Shown here: positions 43,507 through 61,747 of the stretch, piece by piece
How positions within the stretch are numbered: the first letter of the stretch is position 1
Layout of the letters: every line of letters starts with the position of its first letter
Assembly (NCBI RefSeq): GCF_049537125.1
Contig: NZ_JBMVQY010000003.1
Coordinates: 323,128 to 387,127, forward strand
Source of the DNA: Limisphaera sp. VF-2
Lineage (GTDB): Bacteria > Verrucomicrobiota > Verrucomicrobiia > Limisphaerales > Limisphaeraceae
Direction: 5' to 3'
Length of the DNA stretch: 64,000 nucleotides
The notes under the pieces: model-generated
What the model saw: the letters and a program-made list of their open reading frames with translations, nothing else
What the model was told of the DNA's origin: nothing
The model's database searches: none
Program-made: the position numbers and the translations under genes

Positions 43507-43535
43507 TTGACATGGGGGCGGGGTCTTTGTAGTTT
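43507..43535 (+). promoter_or_regulatory. Candidate sigma70-type promoter for the tRNA-Thr-tuf transcription unit
   Basis: TTGACA (43507-43512), 17-nt spacer, TAGTTT (43530-43535), about 140 nt upstream of tRNA-Thr; preceded by hairpin cccgctgcggtgcttcagcggg. Confidence 0.3.
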
Positions 43536-43674
43536 CCCGCCTTGGTCAAAGGGCCGCAAAAGACTGAAGCTGCTTGCCAGCCCCTTTGGGCCCGTGCAGG
43601 GACGGGTCGGGGGCGGCGGGTTATTGTCGTTTTTTGCAGCCCGGACCGGCATCGGCGAAGACCTTGGGTCGGAA

Positions 43675-43750
<76 letters not shown>

Positions 43751-43798
43751 GCTTTCGTCGAAACAACGGCAACGACTCAAATCAACGGAACAAGCGCA

Positions 43799-45004
43799 AT
43801 GGCTAAAGAGCAATTTCAGCGAACCAAGCCGCACGTGAACGTCGGCACGATCGGTCACATTGACCATGGCAAGTCCACTCTGACGGCTGCGATCGTGGCC
43901 GTGCAGGCGCGCAAGGGCCTGGCCCAGGTGAAGACCTATGCGGAAATCACCAAGGGCGGCACCGTGCGTGACGAGACCAAGACGGTGACGATCGCGGTTT
44001 CGCACGTGGAATACGAGAGCGACAAGCGGCACTACGCGCACGTGGACTGCCCGGGGCATGCCGACTACATCAAGAACATGATCACCGGTGCGGCGCAGAT
44101 GGACGGGGCGATTCTGGTGGTGGACGCGGCCGAGGGTCCGATGCCGCAGACCCGGGAGCACATTCTGCTGGCCCGTCAGGTCGGTGTGCCGTCCATCGTG
44201 GTGTACCTGAACAAGGTGGATTTGGTGGACGACCCCGAGCTGCTCGATCTGGTGGAGATGGAGCTGCGGGATCTGCTGACCAAGTACGGCTTCCCGGGCG
44301 ACAAGACCCCGATCATCCGCGGCAGTGCGAAGAAGGCCCTGGCCGGGGATCCGGAGGGCGAGAAGTCCATTCAGGAACTGCTCAACGCCATTGACGAGTT
44401 CATCCCGCTGCCGACCCGCGAGGTGGACAAGCCGTTCCTGATGAGCATTGAGGACGTGTTCAACATCGAAGGTCGCGGGACCGTGGTGACCGGCCGTGTG
44501 GAGCGCGGGGTGTTGGAGCGCATGAACGAGGTGGAGATCGTCGGCTTGCGCGAGACCCGCAAGACGGTGGCCACCGACATCGAGATGTTCCGGAAGATTC
44601 TGGACCGCGCCCAGGCCGGCGACAACGTCGGCGTGCTGCTGCGGGGCATCAAGAAGGACGAGGTCGAGCGCGGCATGGTCCTGGCCAAGCCCGGTTCCAT
44701 CACGCCCCACACGCACTTCCGGGCCGAGGTCTACGTCTTGTCGAAGGAGGAGGGCGGTCGGCACACGCCGTTCTTCGTGAACTATCGGCCGCAGTTTTAC
44801 TTCCGGACGACCGACGTGACCGGCGACGTGCGGGACATCCGTTCGCTGACGGGCGAGAAGGTTGAAATGGTGATGCCCGGCGATAATGTGAATTTGGAGG
44901 TCAAGGTCATTGCGCCGATTGCCATGGAGCGCGGCCAGCGCTTTGCCATTCGGGAAGGGGGCCGCACCATCGGCGCCGGCCGCGTGACCGAGATCATCGA
45001 ATGA
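43799..45004 (+). CDS. tuf: Elongation factor Tu
   Basis: [32 protein letters not shown]...[26 protein letters not shown]...[12 protein letters not shown].... The upstream extension in the track is rejected. Confidence 0.97.
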   Translation: MAKEQFQRTKPHVNVGTIGHIDHGKSTLTAAIVAVQARKGLAQVKTYAEITKGGTVRDETKTVTIAVSHVEYESDKRHYAHVDCPGHADYIKNMITGAAQMDGAILVVDAAEGPMPQTREHILLARQVGVPSIVVYLNKVDLVDDPELLDLVEMELRDLLTKYGFPGDKTPIIRGSAKKALAGDPEGEKSIQELLNAIDEFIPLPTREVDKPFLMSIEDVFNIEGRGTVVTGRVERGVLERMNEVEIVGLRETRKTVATDIEMFRKILDRAQAGDNVGVLLRGIKKDEVERGMVLAKPGSITPHTHFRAEVYVLSKEEGGRHTPFFVNYRPQFYFRTTDVTGDVRDIRSLTGEKVEMVMPGDNVNLEVKVIAPIAMERGQRFAIREGGRTIGAGRVTEIIE

Positions 45005-45082
45005 AGCGGTCGGGTCACGGGCGTCCCCCGGCCGGTTCCCGGTGGGGAACGCTTCCGGTGGGCCGTCACCGCGCCGGAGTGC

Positions 45083-45158
45083 AGGGCGGTAGCTCAATTG
45101 GTAGAGTAGCGGTCTCCAAAACCGTTGGTTGGGGGTTCGAGTCCCTCCCGCCCTGCCA
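45083..45158 (+). tRNA. tRNA-Trp (anticodon CCA)
   Basis: agggcggtagctcaattggtagagtagcggtctCCAaaaccgttggttgggggttcgagtccctcccgccctgcca; canonical position upstream of secE. Confidence 0.9.
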
Positions 45159-45169
45159 ACCGATTTCCC

Positions 45170-45260
45170 GGAGAGGTGGCAGAGTGGTTGAATGCGGCGG
45201 TCTTGAAAACCGCTTCGGGCCGCAAGCCCGACGGGGGTTCGAATCCCTCCCTCTCCGCCA
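45170..45260 (+). tRNA. tRNA-Ser (anticodon TGA), class II with long variable arm
   Basis: ggagaggtggcagagtggttgaatgcggcggtctTGAaaaccgcttcgggccgcaagcccgacgggggttcgaatccctccctctccgcca. Acceptor GGAGAGG/CCTCTCC, variable-arm hairpin gggccgcaagccc. Confidence 0.8.
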
Positions 45261-45270
45261 GGGCTGAGAC

Positions 45271-45531
45271 GTGAGTGAATTGACCAAAACCTTGATCTGG
45301 TTGGCCGTCCTGGGGGCGGTGTTCGGGGTGCTGTGGTACCTCGGCTACATCGCCCGACTGGCCACGTACATTCGCGAGACGCGGGAAGAGCTGCGCAAGT
45401 GCACCTGGCCCACGTGGGACGAGCTGAAGGGCTCGACCTTGGTGGTGGCCGTGGCCACGTTGTTGCTGGGGCTGTTTACCGCGGCCGTGGATTTTGTGTT
45501 TGCGTTGTTCGCCCGTCACATCATGGGCTGA
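45271..45531 (+). CDS. secE: Preprotein translocase subunit SecE
   Basis: GTG start; MSELTKTLIWLAVLGAVFGVLWYLGYIARLATYIRETREELRKCTWPTWDELKGSTLVVAVATLLLGLFTAAVDFVFALFARHIMG. Confidence 0.9.
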   Translation: MSELTKTLIWLAVLGAVFGVLWYLGYIARLATYIRETREELRKCTWPTWDELKGSTLVVAVATLLLGLFTAAVDFVFALFARHIMG

Positions 45532-45544
45532 GCCCGAGGACTCC

Positions 45545-46099
45545 ATGCGACCCCGGTGGTACATCCTGCACACGCTGGCCGGCCAGGAACAGAAGGTCAA
45601 GGAAAGCATCGAAAAGCGGGCCAAGACCGAGGAATTGACCGACTACATCCATGAGGTGCTGGTCCCCATGGAACGGGTGGTCGAGGTCCGCAACCAGAAG
45701 AAAACCGTTTCGATGCGCAAACTCTGGCCCGGCTACGTCTTCGTCCGGATGGTCCTGTTCGATGATCAGGACCAGCTGTTGCCGCGGCCCTACTACTTCA
45801 TCAAAGAGACCCAGGGAGTCCTGGGATTCGCCAGCGAAAGCGGGGACCGGCCCGAGGCCACCCCGGACGAAGAGGTCGAGCAGATCAAGGCCCAGATTTC
45901 CGCCTCGGAAGAAACCGAGCGTCCCAAGGTCAACTTCGAGGTGGGCGAAACCGTCAAGATCAACAACGGTCCGTTCCTGAACTTTAGCGGCGTCATCCAG
46001 GAGATCGAGCCGGAGCGCGGCAAGCTGAAGGTGGTGGTCAACATCTTCGGCCGCAATACGCCGGTGGAACTGGAGTACTGGCAGGTCGAGAAGGCCTGA
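45545..46099 (+). CDS. nusG: Transcription termination/antitermination factor NusG
   Basis: [27 protein letters not shown]...[11 protein letters not shown]...[53 protein letters not shown] (NGN + KOW). Confidence 0.95.
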   Translation: MRPRWYILHTLAGQEQKVKESIEKRAKTEELTDYIHEVLVPMERVVEVRNQKKTVSMRKLWPGYVFVRMVLFDDQDQLLPRPYYFIKETQGVLGFASESGDRPEATPDEEVEQIKAQISASEETERPKVNFEVGETVKINNGPFLNFSGVIQEIEPERGKLKVVVNIFGRNTPVELEYWQVEKA

Positions 46100-46178
46100 G
46101 AATCGGGCCGACCCCGGGGCGGATGCGCCCGAGCAGGTCCATCCGGACAGAGGTCGGCGCAAGATTGGGAGCACACGC

Positions 46179-46604
46179 ATGGCAAAGAAGGTCACCGCAG
46201 TCATCAAATTGCAGATTCCGGCCGGGCAGGCCAATCCCGCCCCGCCGGTCGGACCGGCCCTGGGTCAGCACGGCGTGAACATCATGGCCTTTTGCAAGGA
46301 GTTCAACGCCGCCACCAAGGACCAGGCCGGCATGATCATCCCGGTCATCATCACGGTCTTCCAGGACAAATCGTTCAAGTTCATCACCAAATCGCCCCCG
46401 GCCTCGGCCCTGTTGAAGAAGGCGGCCGGCATTGCCGTCGGCTCCAAGGCCCCGAACAAGGAAAACGTGGGCAAGGTGACCCGGCAACAGATCATGGAAA
46501 TCGTCAAACTCAAGGCCAAGGATTTGAACGCCAACTCGGAAGAGGCGGCGTTCCGGATGATTGCCGGCACGGCCCGCAGCATGGGCATCGAAATTGTCGG
46601 CTGA
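46179..46604 (+). CDS. rplK: 50S ribosomal protein L11
   Basis: [48 protein letters not shown].... Confidence 0.97.
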   Translation: MAKKVTAVIKLQIPAGQANPAPPVGPALGQHGVNIMAFCKEFNAATKDQAGMIIPVIITVFQDKSFKFITKSPPASALLKKAAGIAVGSKAPNKENVGKVTRQQIMEIVKLKAKDLNANSEEAAFRMIAGTARSMGIEIVG

Positions 46605-46653
46605 ACCCTGAACTGTGCGGCAGGACGCTCTGCGTCCGTCATGACCGCATCCC

Positions 46654-47367
46654 ATGACCATGGCACGGAAACCGAGCAAACGTTATCTGAAGGCGCTGGA
46701 ACTGGTGGATCCGAAGAAGACCTACCCGCTGAAGGCGGCCATTGACCTGTTGAAACGCTTTCCGCGGGCACGGTTCGATGAGACCGTGGAGATGGCTTTC
46801 CGCCTGGGCGTGGATCCCAAGCAATCGGACCAGATGGTGCGCGGTACCGTCCCACTGCCGCACGGCACGGGCAAGAAGATCCGCGTGCTGGTCTTTGCCA
46901 AGCCGGGTCCGGCGGCCGATGCCGCCCGGGCGGCCGGCGCCGACTACGTGGGGTTCGAGGACCTGATCAAGAAGTGTCAGGAGGGCTGGACGGAGTTCGA
47001 CGTTGCCATTGCCACTCCGGAGGCGATGACCGAGGTCCGCAAACTGGGCAAGGTGCTGGGCCCGCGCGGTTTGATGCCCAATCCCAAAACCGGCACCGTC
47101 ACCGATGACACCGCCCGGGCGGTGCGCGAGGTCAAAGCCGGCCGCGTGGAGTTCAAGGTGGACAAGACGGGCAACCTGCATGTGGCCATCGGCAAAATCA
47201 GTTTCACGCCGGAACAGATCGAGGAGAACGCCAGGGCCGTCATCGACGCGGTGGTCAAGGCGCGGCCGGCCAGTCTGCGCGGCCGGTACCTCCACAGTTG
47301 CGCGCTGAGCACGACCATGAGCCCCTCCGTGCGGCTGGATCTCAAGGAACTGGGCATCGCTGTCTAG
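46654..47367 (+). CDS. rplA: 50S ribosomal protein L1
   Basis: [66 protein letters not shown].... Confidence 0.97.
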   Translation: MTMARKPSKRYLKALELVDPKKTYPLKAAIDLLKRFPRARFDETVEMAFRLGVDPKQSDQMVRGTVPLPHGTGKKIRVLVFAKPGPAADAARAAGADYVGFEDLIKKCQEGWTEFDVAIATPEAMTEVRKLGKVLGPRGLMPNPKTGTVTDDTARAVREVKAGRVEFKVDKTGNLHVAIGKISFTPEQIEENARAVIDAVVKARPASLRGRYLHSCALSTTMSPSVRLDLKELGIAV

Positions 47368-47409
47368 GAGGAAACGCCAGGCCCAAAACTCCCAACGCAC
47401 CTCATCCCT

Positions 47410-47937
47410 ATGCGCCCGGAAAAACAAGCTCTCACCCAGGAATACCTGCAGCGGTTGCAGGGTTCCCCGTACTTCATCGTGGTCAATTACACCGGCCTGA
47501 ATGTGGCGGCGATGACCGAATTGCGCCGGAGGCTGGCGAAGGCCCAGGCCGAGCTGCACGTCGTCAAAAACACCATCTTCCGCATTGCCGCCCGCGAGGC
47601 CGGTTTGGGCGATTTGGGGCCGCGACTCACGGGGCAATTGGCGGTGGTGACCGGTCGCCAGGACATTTGCGCCGCGGCCAAGGTGCTGAAGACCTTCGCC
47701 GCCGAGTTCGACAAACCGAAGCTTCGCTTCGGATATCTGGGCAATCAAGCGCTGGAGGCCGCTCAAATCGAGCAGCTGGCCGAGTTGCCTCCGCTGGAGG
47801 TCCTGCGGGCCCAATTGCTGGGCGTGTTACAGGCTCCCGCGGCCCGTTTGGCGCGCCTGCTCCAGACGCCGGCCGCCCAGCTGGCGCGGGTCCTGCAAGC
47901 CCGCATCGACAAGGAAGGCGGCGCCTCCGCTTCATGA
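47410..47937 (+). CDS. rplJ: 50S ribosomal protein L10
   Basis: MRPEKQALTQEYLQRLQGSPYFIVVNYTGLNVAAMTELRRRLAKAQAELHVVKNTIFRIAAREAG.... Confidence 0.95.
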   Translation: MRPEKQALTQEYLQRLQGSPYFIVVNYTGLNVAAMTELRRRLAKAQAELHVVKNTIFRIAAREAGLGDLGPRLTGQLAVVTGRQDICAAAKVLKTFAAEFDKPKLRFGYLGNQALEAAQIEQLAELPPLEVLRAQLLGVLQAPAARLARLLQTPAAQLARVLQARIDKEGGASAS

Positions 47938-48076
47938 GGATGAGCGGATTTCCCGGGCGGGAACAACCGCCCGGGCTCGAAACAAAACGCAAGTATGAAC
48001 CATCATCGCTCGTCGGTTCACAGGCCGTGAACTGAAATCACCTGTGGCCACGGGTGGCGACGAGGAGAGAGGAACC

Positions 48077-48472
48077 ATGGCTGACATCGCAAACCTGGTT
48101 GAAGAACTGAGCAAACTGACGGTCCTTGAGGCCGCCGAGCTGGTCAAAAAACTGGAGGAGAAGTGGGGGGTGAGCGCAGCGGCGCCGGTGGCGGTGGCCG
48201 CAGCGCCGGCCGCGGCGGCCGCGGGTGCTGCAGCGGCCCCGGCGGCGGAAGCCAAAACCACCTTCGACGTGGTCCTGGTCTCCCTGCCGGCGGACAAGAA
48301 AATCCCGGTCATCAAGGCCGTCCGGGAGATCAAGGCCGGACTGGGCCTGGCCGACGCCAAGGCCCTGGTGGAAGGTGCCCCGAAGCCCGTGCTGGAGGGC
48401 GTCTCCAAGGAAGAGGCCGAGGCGGCCAAAAAGAAACTGGAAGAAGCGGGTGCCAAGGTCGAACTCAAGTAA
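48077..48472 (+). CDS. rplL: 50S ribosomal protein L7/L12
   Basis: [43 protein letters not shown]...[58 protein letters not shown]; gaggagagagg precedes the ATG. Confidence 0.96.
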   Translation: MADIANLVEELSKLTVLEAAELVKKLEEKWGVSAAAPVAVAAAPAAAAAGAAAAPAAEAKTTFDVVLVSLPADKKIPVIKAVREIKAGLGLADAKALVEGAPKPVLEGVSKEEAEAAKKKLEEAGAKVELK

Positions 48473-48520
48473 CCTTTCGGCATTCCAAGGGCGGGCGGTG
48501 GCCCGCGGGGCCGCCGCCCT

Positions 48521-48543
48521 GGCCCGGCAACGGTTGCCGGGCC
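48521..48543 (+). promoter_or_regulatory. Strong GC hairpin in the rplL-rpoB spacer (attenuator-like; no U-tract)
   Basis: ggcccggcaacggttgccgggcc, a perfect inverted repeat. This is the classical position of the rplL-rpoB attenuator. Its core ggcaacggttgcc resembles the repeat-family hairpin motif. Confidence 0.35.
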
Positions 48544-48693
48544 CGACGCCCCGTCCCCTGCCCTCGAGCAGGGGCGCGGGAGGAGCGGTTTTGCCGCGGG
48601 CGGTCAGGGTCCCGCGGTCGGAATCGACTTGTAGTGCGGGTGTGGGACCCCGGTCTCCAGGGTGCCGGACCGGGAGCATGCGGAAGATCGATC

Positions 48694-52587
<3,894 letters not shown>

Positions 52588-52609
52588 AAGTCCGGTTTCG
52601 CGAACCCTT

Positions 52610-56854
<4,245 letters not shown>

Positions 56855-56946
56855 GAGTTGTCAAACCGGGGCGCGCTGCCCTATCTTGCGCGCTCCTTCG
56901 GGCCGCCGGCTTCGCCGGTCGGGTCCATCCGATTGGGAACGCAAAC

Positions 56947-57348
56947 ATGCCGACGATCAATCAGCTGGTCCGCAAGGGCCGCAGAAAACTGAAGGCCAAG
57001 AGCAAGGCCCCGGCCTTGCAGGGAGCGCCCTTTCGTCGCGGCGTCTGCATTCAGGTCATGACCCGCACCCCCAAGAAGCCCAATTCGGCCATGCGCAAGG
57101 TGGCCAAGGTGCGGCTGACCAACGGGTACGAGGTCATCGCCTACATTCCGGACGAGGGCCACAATCTGCAGGAACACTCGATCGTTTTGGTGCGCGGGGG
57201 CCGCGTCAAGGACCTGCCCGGCGTGCGTTATCACATCGTTCGGGGCGTCTTGGACGCCGCCGGTGTGGAGAAACGTCGTGTCAGCCGCTCCAAATACGGG
57301 GTCAAACGCCCGAAAGCGGGCGCCAAACCCGCCGCGGCAGCCTCTTGA
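56947..57348 (+). CDS. rpsL: 30S ribosomal protein S12
   Basis: [100 protein letters not shown].... Confidence 0.97.
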   Translation: MPTINQLVRKGRRKLKAKSKAPALQGAPFRRGVCIQVMTRTPKKPNSAMRKVAKVRLTNGYEVIAYIPDEGHNLQEHSIVLVRGGRVKDLPGVRYHIVRGVLDAAGVEKRRVSRSKYGVKRPKAGAKPAAAAS

Positions 57349-57388
57349 TCCTGCGGCCGTGTCGCACGTTTAACCTGTCGTTTCACTC

Positions 57389-57862
57389 ATGTCCCGACGT
57401 CGACGAGCCATCAAACGTCCGATCCCTCCGGATCCCCGGTACAACAGCACGCTGGTCATGCGCCTGGTCAACACGGTGATGCGCCGGGGCAAGAAGAGCC
57501 TCGCCATGCGCATCGTGTACAGCGCGCTGGAAAAAATCGCCGAGAAAACCGGCAACACCAATCCCCTGGACGTGCTGCAGCGGGCGGTGGAAAACGCCAA
57601 ACCTCGCATTGAAACCAAGGCCCGTCGGGTGGGCGGCGCCACCTATCAGGTGCCCATGGAAGTGCCGCCGGACCGTCAGCTTTCCCTGGCGCTGCGCTGG
57701 ATCGTGGGCTTCGCCGATGCCCGAAAGGGCATCCCCATGAAGGACGCCCTGGCGGCCGAAATCCTGGACGCCTACCAGGGCCAGGGCAGCGCCATCCGCA
57801 AACGTGACGAGGTCCACAAGATGGCTCAGGCCAACCGGGCCTTCGCACACTTCCGCTGGTAA
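57389..57862 (+). CDS. rpsG: 30S ribosomal protein S7
   Basis: MSRRRRAIKRPIPPDPRYNSTLVMRLVNTVMRRGKKSLAMRIVYSALEKI...GGATYQVPMEV.... Confidence 0.97.
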   Translation: MSRRRRAIKRPIPPDPRYNSTLVMRLVNTVMRRGKKSLAMRIVYSALEKIAEKTGNTNPLDVLQRAVENAKPRIETKARRVGGATYQVPMEVPPDRQLSLALRWIVGFADARKGIPMKDALAAEILDAYQGQGSAIRKRDEVHKMAQANRAFAHFRW

Positions 57863-57877
57863 GAAACCGGAATTCCA

Positions 57878-57913
57878 CGCCCCGACGGCTGCCCGGCTGA
57901 CCGGGGCGTTTTT
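57878..57913 (+). terminator. Intrinsic-terminator-like hairpin plus T-run between rpsG and fusA (attenuator candidate)
   Basis: cgccccg acggctgcccggctgac cggggcg followed by ttttta. Confidence 0.45.
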
Positions 57914-57948
57914 ATTGTCCCTTTGTGCCCATGCAACCGACTGTCGCC

Positions 57949-60126
57949 ATGGAGAAGCCTGATCAATCCAGACTGCCCGTCAATTCGCCGGACCGTCCGT
58001 ATCCCATGGAACGGACGCGCAACATCGGCATTGCCGCGCACATTGACGCCGGCAAAACCACCACCACCGAACGGATCCTGTTTTACACCGGGCTCATCCA
58101 CCGGATGGGTGACGTGGACGACGGCAACACCGTCACCGACTGGATGGAGCAGGAACGCGAGCGCGGCATCACCATCACCTCCGCCGCCACCACCTGTTAC
58201 TGGACGCCCAAGCAGGACGGACTGGTCAAGCTCTTTACCGGCATCCCCCACCGCATCAACATCATCGACACTCCCGGTCACGTGGACTTCACCGCCGAGG
58301 TGGAGCGGTCCATGCGCGTGCTTGACGGCGCCATCGCCGTCTTCTGCGGGGTGGCCGGAGTCCAGCCCCAGTCCGAAACCGTCTGGCGCCAGGCCACCAA
58401 GTACCGTGTGCCGCGCATCGCCTTCGTCAACAAAATGGACCGGGTGGGGGCCAACTTCGAAAAGGCCGTGGATGAAATGCGCCGCAAACTGGGGGCCTAC
58501 GCCTGGCCGGTGGTGCTGCCCCTGGGCCGCGAAGATCAGTTGCGCGGCGTCATCGACGTCATCAATCAAAAGGCCCTGATCTACGACCCGGAAGACGAGA
58601 ACGGCCTGCGTTTCGAGATCACTGACATTCCCCCGGAGGAACGGGATCGTGCCCGGCAGGCGCTGGCGGAACTGATCGACGCCGTGGCCAACAAGGACGA
58701 CCGGATCGCCGAGCTGGTCATCGAAGACAAACCGGTCCCTCCCGACGTGCTGAAGGCGGCCATCCGTCGCCTGACCTGCGCACTGGAGATGGTCCCGGTG
58801 CTGGCCGGTTCGGCCTTCCGCAAACGCGGCGTTCAGCCACTGATCGAAGCGGTGGTGGATTACCTGCCGTCGCCTCTGGACATTCCGCCTGCGGTGGGCT
58901 GGAAACCCGGCACGGAAGAACGCGTCGAAGTGCCGGCGTCCGATTTCGGCCCGTTCTGTTCCCTGGCCTTCAAGCTCTGGAGCGACCCCTATGTGGGCAA
59001 ACTGGTGTTCTTCCGCGTCTACAGCGGCCAGCTCAAGAAGGGCGACATCATCTACAACCCGCGCACCGGCAAGCGCGAGCGCGTCAGCCGCGTCATGATG
59101 GTCCAGGCGGACAAACGCATCGACGTTGAGCGCGTGTTTGCCGGGGACATTGCCGCCCTGGTGGGCCTGCGCAACATCACCACCGGCGATACCCTTTGCG
59201 ATGAGAAGTTCGAGGTGATCCTGGAGCCGCCCACCTTCCCTGAACCCGTCATCAGCATGGCCATCGAGCCCAAAACCAAGGGCGATCGCGACCGCCTCAG
59301 CGAAGGTCTGCAACGTCTGGCCGAAGAAGACCCCACCTTCCGCGTCTTCACCAACGAGGAAACCGGCCAGCTCATCATCGCCGGCATGGGCGAGTTGCAC
59401 CTGGAGATCATTCGCGACCGGTTGTTCCGCGAGTTCAAGGTCGAGGCCACGGCAGGTGCGCCCCAGATTGCCTACCGGGAGACCATTACCACGCCGGCCA
59501 GTGGCGAGGGCAAATTCATCCGGCAAACCGGCGGCCGCGGCCAGTACGGTCACGTCATCATCGAAATCGCGCCCAACGAGCGCGGCAAGGGCATCGAAAT
59601 CGAGAACAAAATCGTGGGCGGTGTCATTCCCAAGGAGTACATCCCCGCGGTCATTGACGGTTTGCATGAAGGCATCCAGGGCGGTGTGCTGGCCGGCTAT
59701 CCGCTGGTGGACCTGAAGATTGCCATCGTGGATGGCTCCTTCCACGAAGTGGACTCCAGCGAGCTGGCCTTCAAGATGGCCGGCATCTTTGCCCTGAAAG
59801 ACGCCTGCAAAAAGGCCAATGTCATCATCCTCGAACCTGTCATGAAGGTGGAGGTCACCACCCCCGACGAGTATCAGGGCGACATCATGGGCGACCTCAA
59901 CCGCCGTCGTGGTCGCATTACGGGCATCGAAGCCAAGGACACCGCCATGGTGATCTCCGCGGAGGTTCCGCTGGCCGAGATGTTTGGCTACGCCACGGCG
60001 ATCCGTTCGCTGTCGAAGGGCCGGGCTTCCTACTCCATGGAGCCGCTCCGGTTCGAACCGGTTCCGAGCAGCATCTTGGAGAAGATCCTGGACATGACCA
60101 AGGACCGCCCGGCGGCCCGCACCTGA
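57949..60126 (+). CDS. fusA: Elongation factor G
   Basis: ...RPYPMERTRNIGIAAHIDAGKTTTTERILFYTG...DTPGHVDFTAEVERSMRVLDGAI...; start ambiguous (Met 1 57925, Met 3, or Met 9 57949). Confidence 0.97.
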   Translation: MEKPDQSRLPVNSPDRPYPMERTRNIGIAAHIDAGKTTTTERILFYTGLIHRMGDVDDGNTVTDWMEQERERGITITSAATTCYWTPKQDGLVKLFTGIPHRINIIDTPGHVDFTAEVERSMRVLDGAIAVFCGVAGVQPQSETVWRQATKYRVPRIAFVNKMDRVGANFEKAVDEMRRKLGAYAWPVVLPLGREDQLRGVIDVINQKALIYDPEDENGLRFEITDIPPEERDRARQALAELIDAVANKDDRIAELVIEDKPVPPDVLKAAIRRLTCALEMVPVLAGSAFRKRGVQPLIEAVVDYLPSPLDIPPAVGWKPGTEERVEVPASDFGPFCSLAFKLWSDPYVGKLVFFRVYSGQLKKGDIIYNPRTGKRERVSRVMMVQADKRIDVERVFAGDIAALVGLRNITTGDTLCDEKFEVILEPPTFPEPVISMAIEPKTKGDRDRLSEGLQRLAEEDPTFRVFTNEETGQLIIAGMGELHLEIIRDRLFREFKVEATAGAPQIAYRETITTPASGEGKFIRQTGGRGQYGHVIIEIAPNERGKGIEIENKIVGGVIPKEYIPAVIDGLHEGIQGGVLAGYPLVDLKIAIVDGSFHEVDSSELAFKMAGIFALKDACKKANVIILEPVMKVEVTTPDEYQGDIMGDLNRRRGRITGIEAKDTAMVISAEVPLAEMFGYATAIRSLSKGRASYSMEPLRFEPVPSSILEKILDMTKDRPAART

Positions 60127-61084
60127 GCCTGCGAGCGCGCCCGGCACCTGGTTTTCGGGGGGCCTGCTCTCCAGACATCCTCGACCGGTGGCTTTACCGG
60201 GCCGCCGCGGCTTGCTGCTGCGCGTGGTTCGGGCTGCTTTGTGGCACGCTGGGGCCTTCCCGGCGATCTGGAGAGCACGCCCGGACCGCGGGCTGAGGCG
60301 TGGCACAAATCTCCCCGGCTGCCCCTTTGCGGGCTTCCAGCCCGAAGTAGCTGCAGGGAAAAAGCCCGCAGATCACACAAAACACTCAGAACCTGTCCAG
60401 TAGCCGCCGACAGAGATGGGCGAAACCCGAGTTGGTATTTACCGACGAAAGTCGAGGGCACCAGCCCACAAATCGCCGCCGGGCTGCGGTTCCCGGATTC
60501 GGGGACGCAGGTGCGGGTTCGGAATCTCCGGTTCGCCGTCTGTCGGCGGCGGCTGCCAAACGTGCCGGGGCGCAGCTTTCCCAAACCGCCATGGCGCGGG
60601 CTTCCAGCCTGCGGCCATCACGGGTCCCTGGTCGGATCCTCGATCTCGAACGGCGGCCAGATTCAGGGTCCCCGCGGCGTCCGTAACCTCTGCACCGTGG
60701 TGGTTCCACATGCTTTCCCGGGCGCTCCCAGACCGGGAGGTGTCGCGCACCGGCAGAGCAGAGACCTGCGCGGCAACGAAAGCGCACGAAACCCGGGATC
60801 CAAGAAACGCGCAACCGGCTCCCTGCTTTTCCGGGCACTGGACCTCCACGCCAGGCGCGAACGTTCCACGCCGCGACGAGTCTTTCTGAACCAAGCCGCA
60901 GGACGACGTGCCGTCTGTACTGTTCAGCGTGTATGGAAGGCCCGGCAAGTCCAACGAACGGAAGGCTCTCCGGACCGTTCCTGCCGGGGCGGGTGTCCAT
61001 TTTTCGATTCACAGTGGGCCGGTCGGCCGGCTACAGTGACGGTGCCGTCGCGGGACGCGGTGGGTTCGCCGCCGCTGCGGCTGC
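60127..61084 (+). other. About 950-bp non-coding, highly structured intergenic region (candidate ncRNA or long structured leader of plsY)
   Basis: No protein-like ORF. 11-bp helix tgctctccaga (60172-60182) pairs with tctggagagca (60268-60278), enclosing nested hairpins. 9-bp hairpin tgcgggctt...aagcccgca (~60320-60365). 11-bp helix gccgccgacag/ctgtcggcggc encloses ~130 nt with GNRA-capped hairpins (gggcGAAAccc, cgacGAAAgtcg). Confidence 0.25.
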
Positions 61085-61738
61085 GTGTCTATGAATTGGC
61101 TGGAGTCGGCACTGGAACTGGCCGGTCCATGGTGGTGGGGGCTCTGTGTTGCCCTGGGCGCCTATGCCCTCGGCTGTGTGGCCGGCGGGTATTACTTGGT
61201 TCGGTGGACGACCGGTCTGGACATGCGCCGGGTGGGGAGCGGCAGCGTGGGCGCCCGCAATGTCAGTACTGTGTTGGGCGCCAAGGGGTTCGTGGCCACC
61301 TTGGTGTGGGACGTGGCGAAGGGCGCCCTGGCGGTGTGGGCGGCCGGGCGGCTGACCGGCGATTCCAGAATGGAGGCGCTGGCCTGGGTGGCCGTGGTGG
61401 CCGGACACCTGTGGCCCGCACAGCTCGGCTTCCGCGGCGGCAAGGGCGTGGCCACATCGCTGGGCGGACTGTTGTTTTACGATGCGCAATTGTTGTTGGC
61501 GTTGGGGTTGCTCTTTTTGCCCCCTTGGGCCCTGTTGCGGCGGACGATTCTGCCCGGCATGATTGCGTACGCGTTGCTGCCGGGGGCCGGTTGGTTTTTG
61601 GATCACGGTCCCGTCAAGGTGGCCGTGGTCGCGGTGGTGTCGGCCCTGGTCTTGTTTGCCCATCGCCGGAACCTGGTCGAGGAATGGACCGCGCTGGGGT
61701 GGCGACCCCGTCCGGCTCCGGAACCCGACAAATCGTGA
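61085..61738 (+). CDS. plsY: Glycerol-3-phosphate acyltransferase PlsY (acyl-phosphate dependent)
   Basis: ...GSGSVGARNVSTVLGAKGFVATLVWDVAKGALAV...GGKGVATSLGGLL.... Confidence 0.85.
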   Translation: MSMNWLESALELAGPWWWGLCVALGAYALGCVAGGYYLVRWTTGLDMRRVGSGSVGARNVSTVLGAKGFVATLVWDVAKGALAVWAAGRLTGDSRMEALAWVAVVAGHLWPAQLGFRGGKGVATSLGGLLFYDAQLLLALGLLFLPPWALLRRTILPGMIAYALLPGAGWFLDHGPVKVAVVAVVSALVLFAHRRNLVEEWTALGWRPRPAPEPDKS

Positions 61739-61747
61739 GGCGTACCT

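Noticed and set aside
42851-43674. Additional tRNAs or an SRP/6S RNA in the 820-bp spacer before tRNA-Thr
   Set aside because: No cloverleaf-compatible acceptor/T-arm pairs and no SRP domain IV motif found by manual scan. Only a promoter-like TTGACA-17-TAGTTT and hairpins were seen.
45170-45260. Possibility that the class II tRNA is tRNA-Sec
   Set aside because: Anticodon loop is cttGAaa with anticodon UGA (reads UCA, Ser), not UCA. Acceptor/T-arm lengths fit ordinary tRNA-Ser.
60127-61084. tmRNA or RNase P RNA in the structured intergenic region
   Set aside because: I searched by eye for RNase P P4 signatures (AGGAAAGTCCGGGCTCC, AGGGCAGG) and for a tmRNA tag reading frame / 3' tRNA-like end (GGTTCGA.TCC...CCA). 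None is present.
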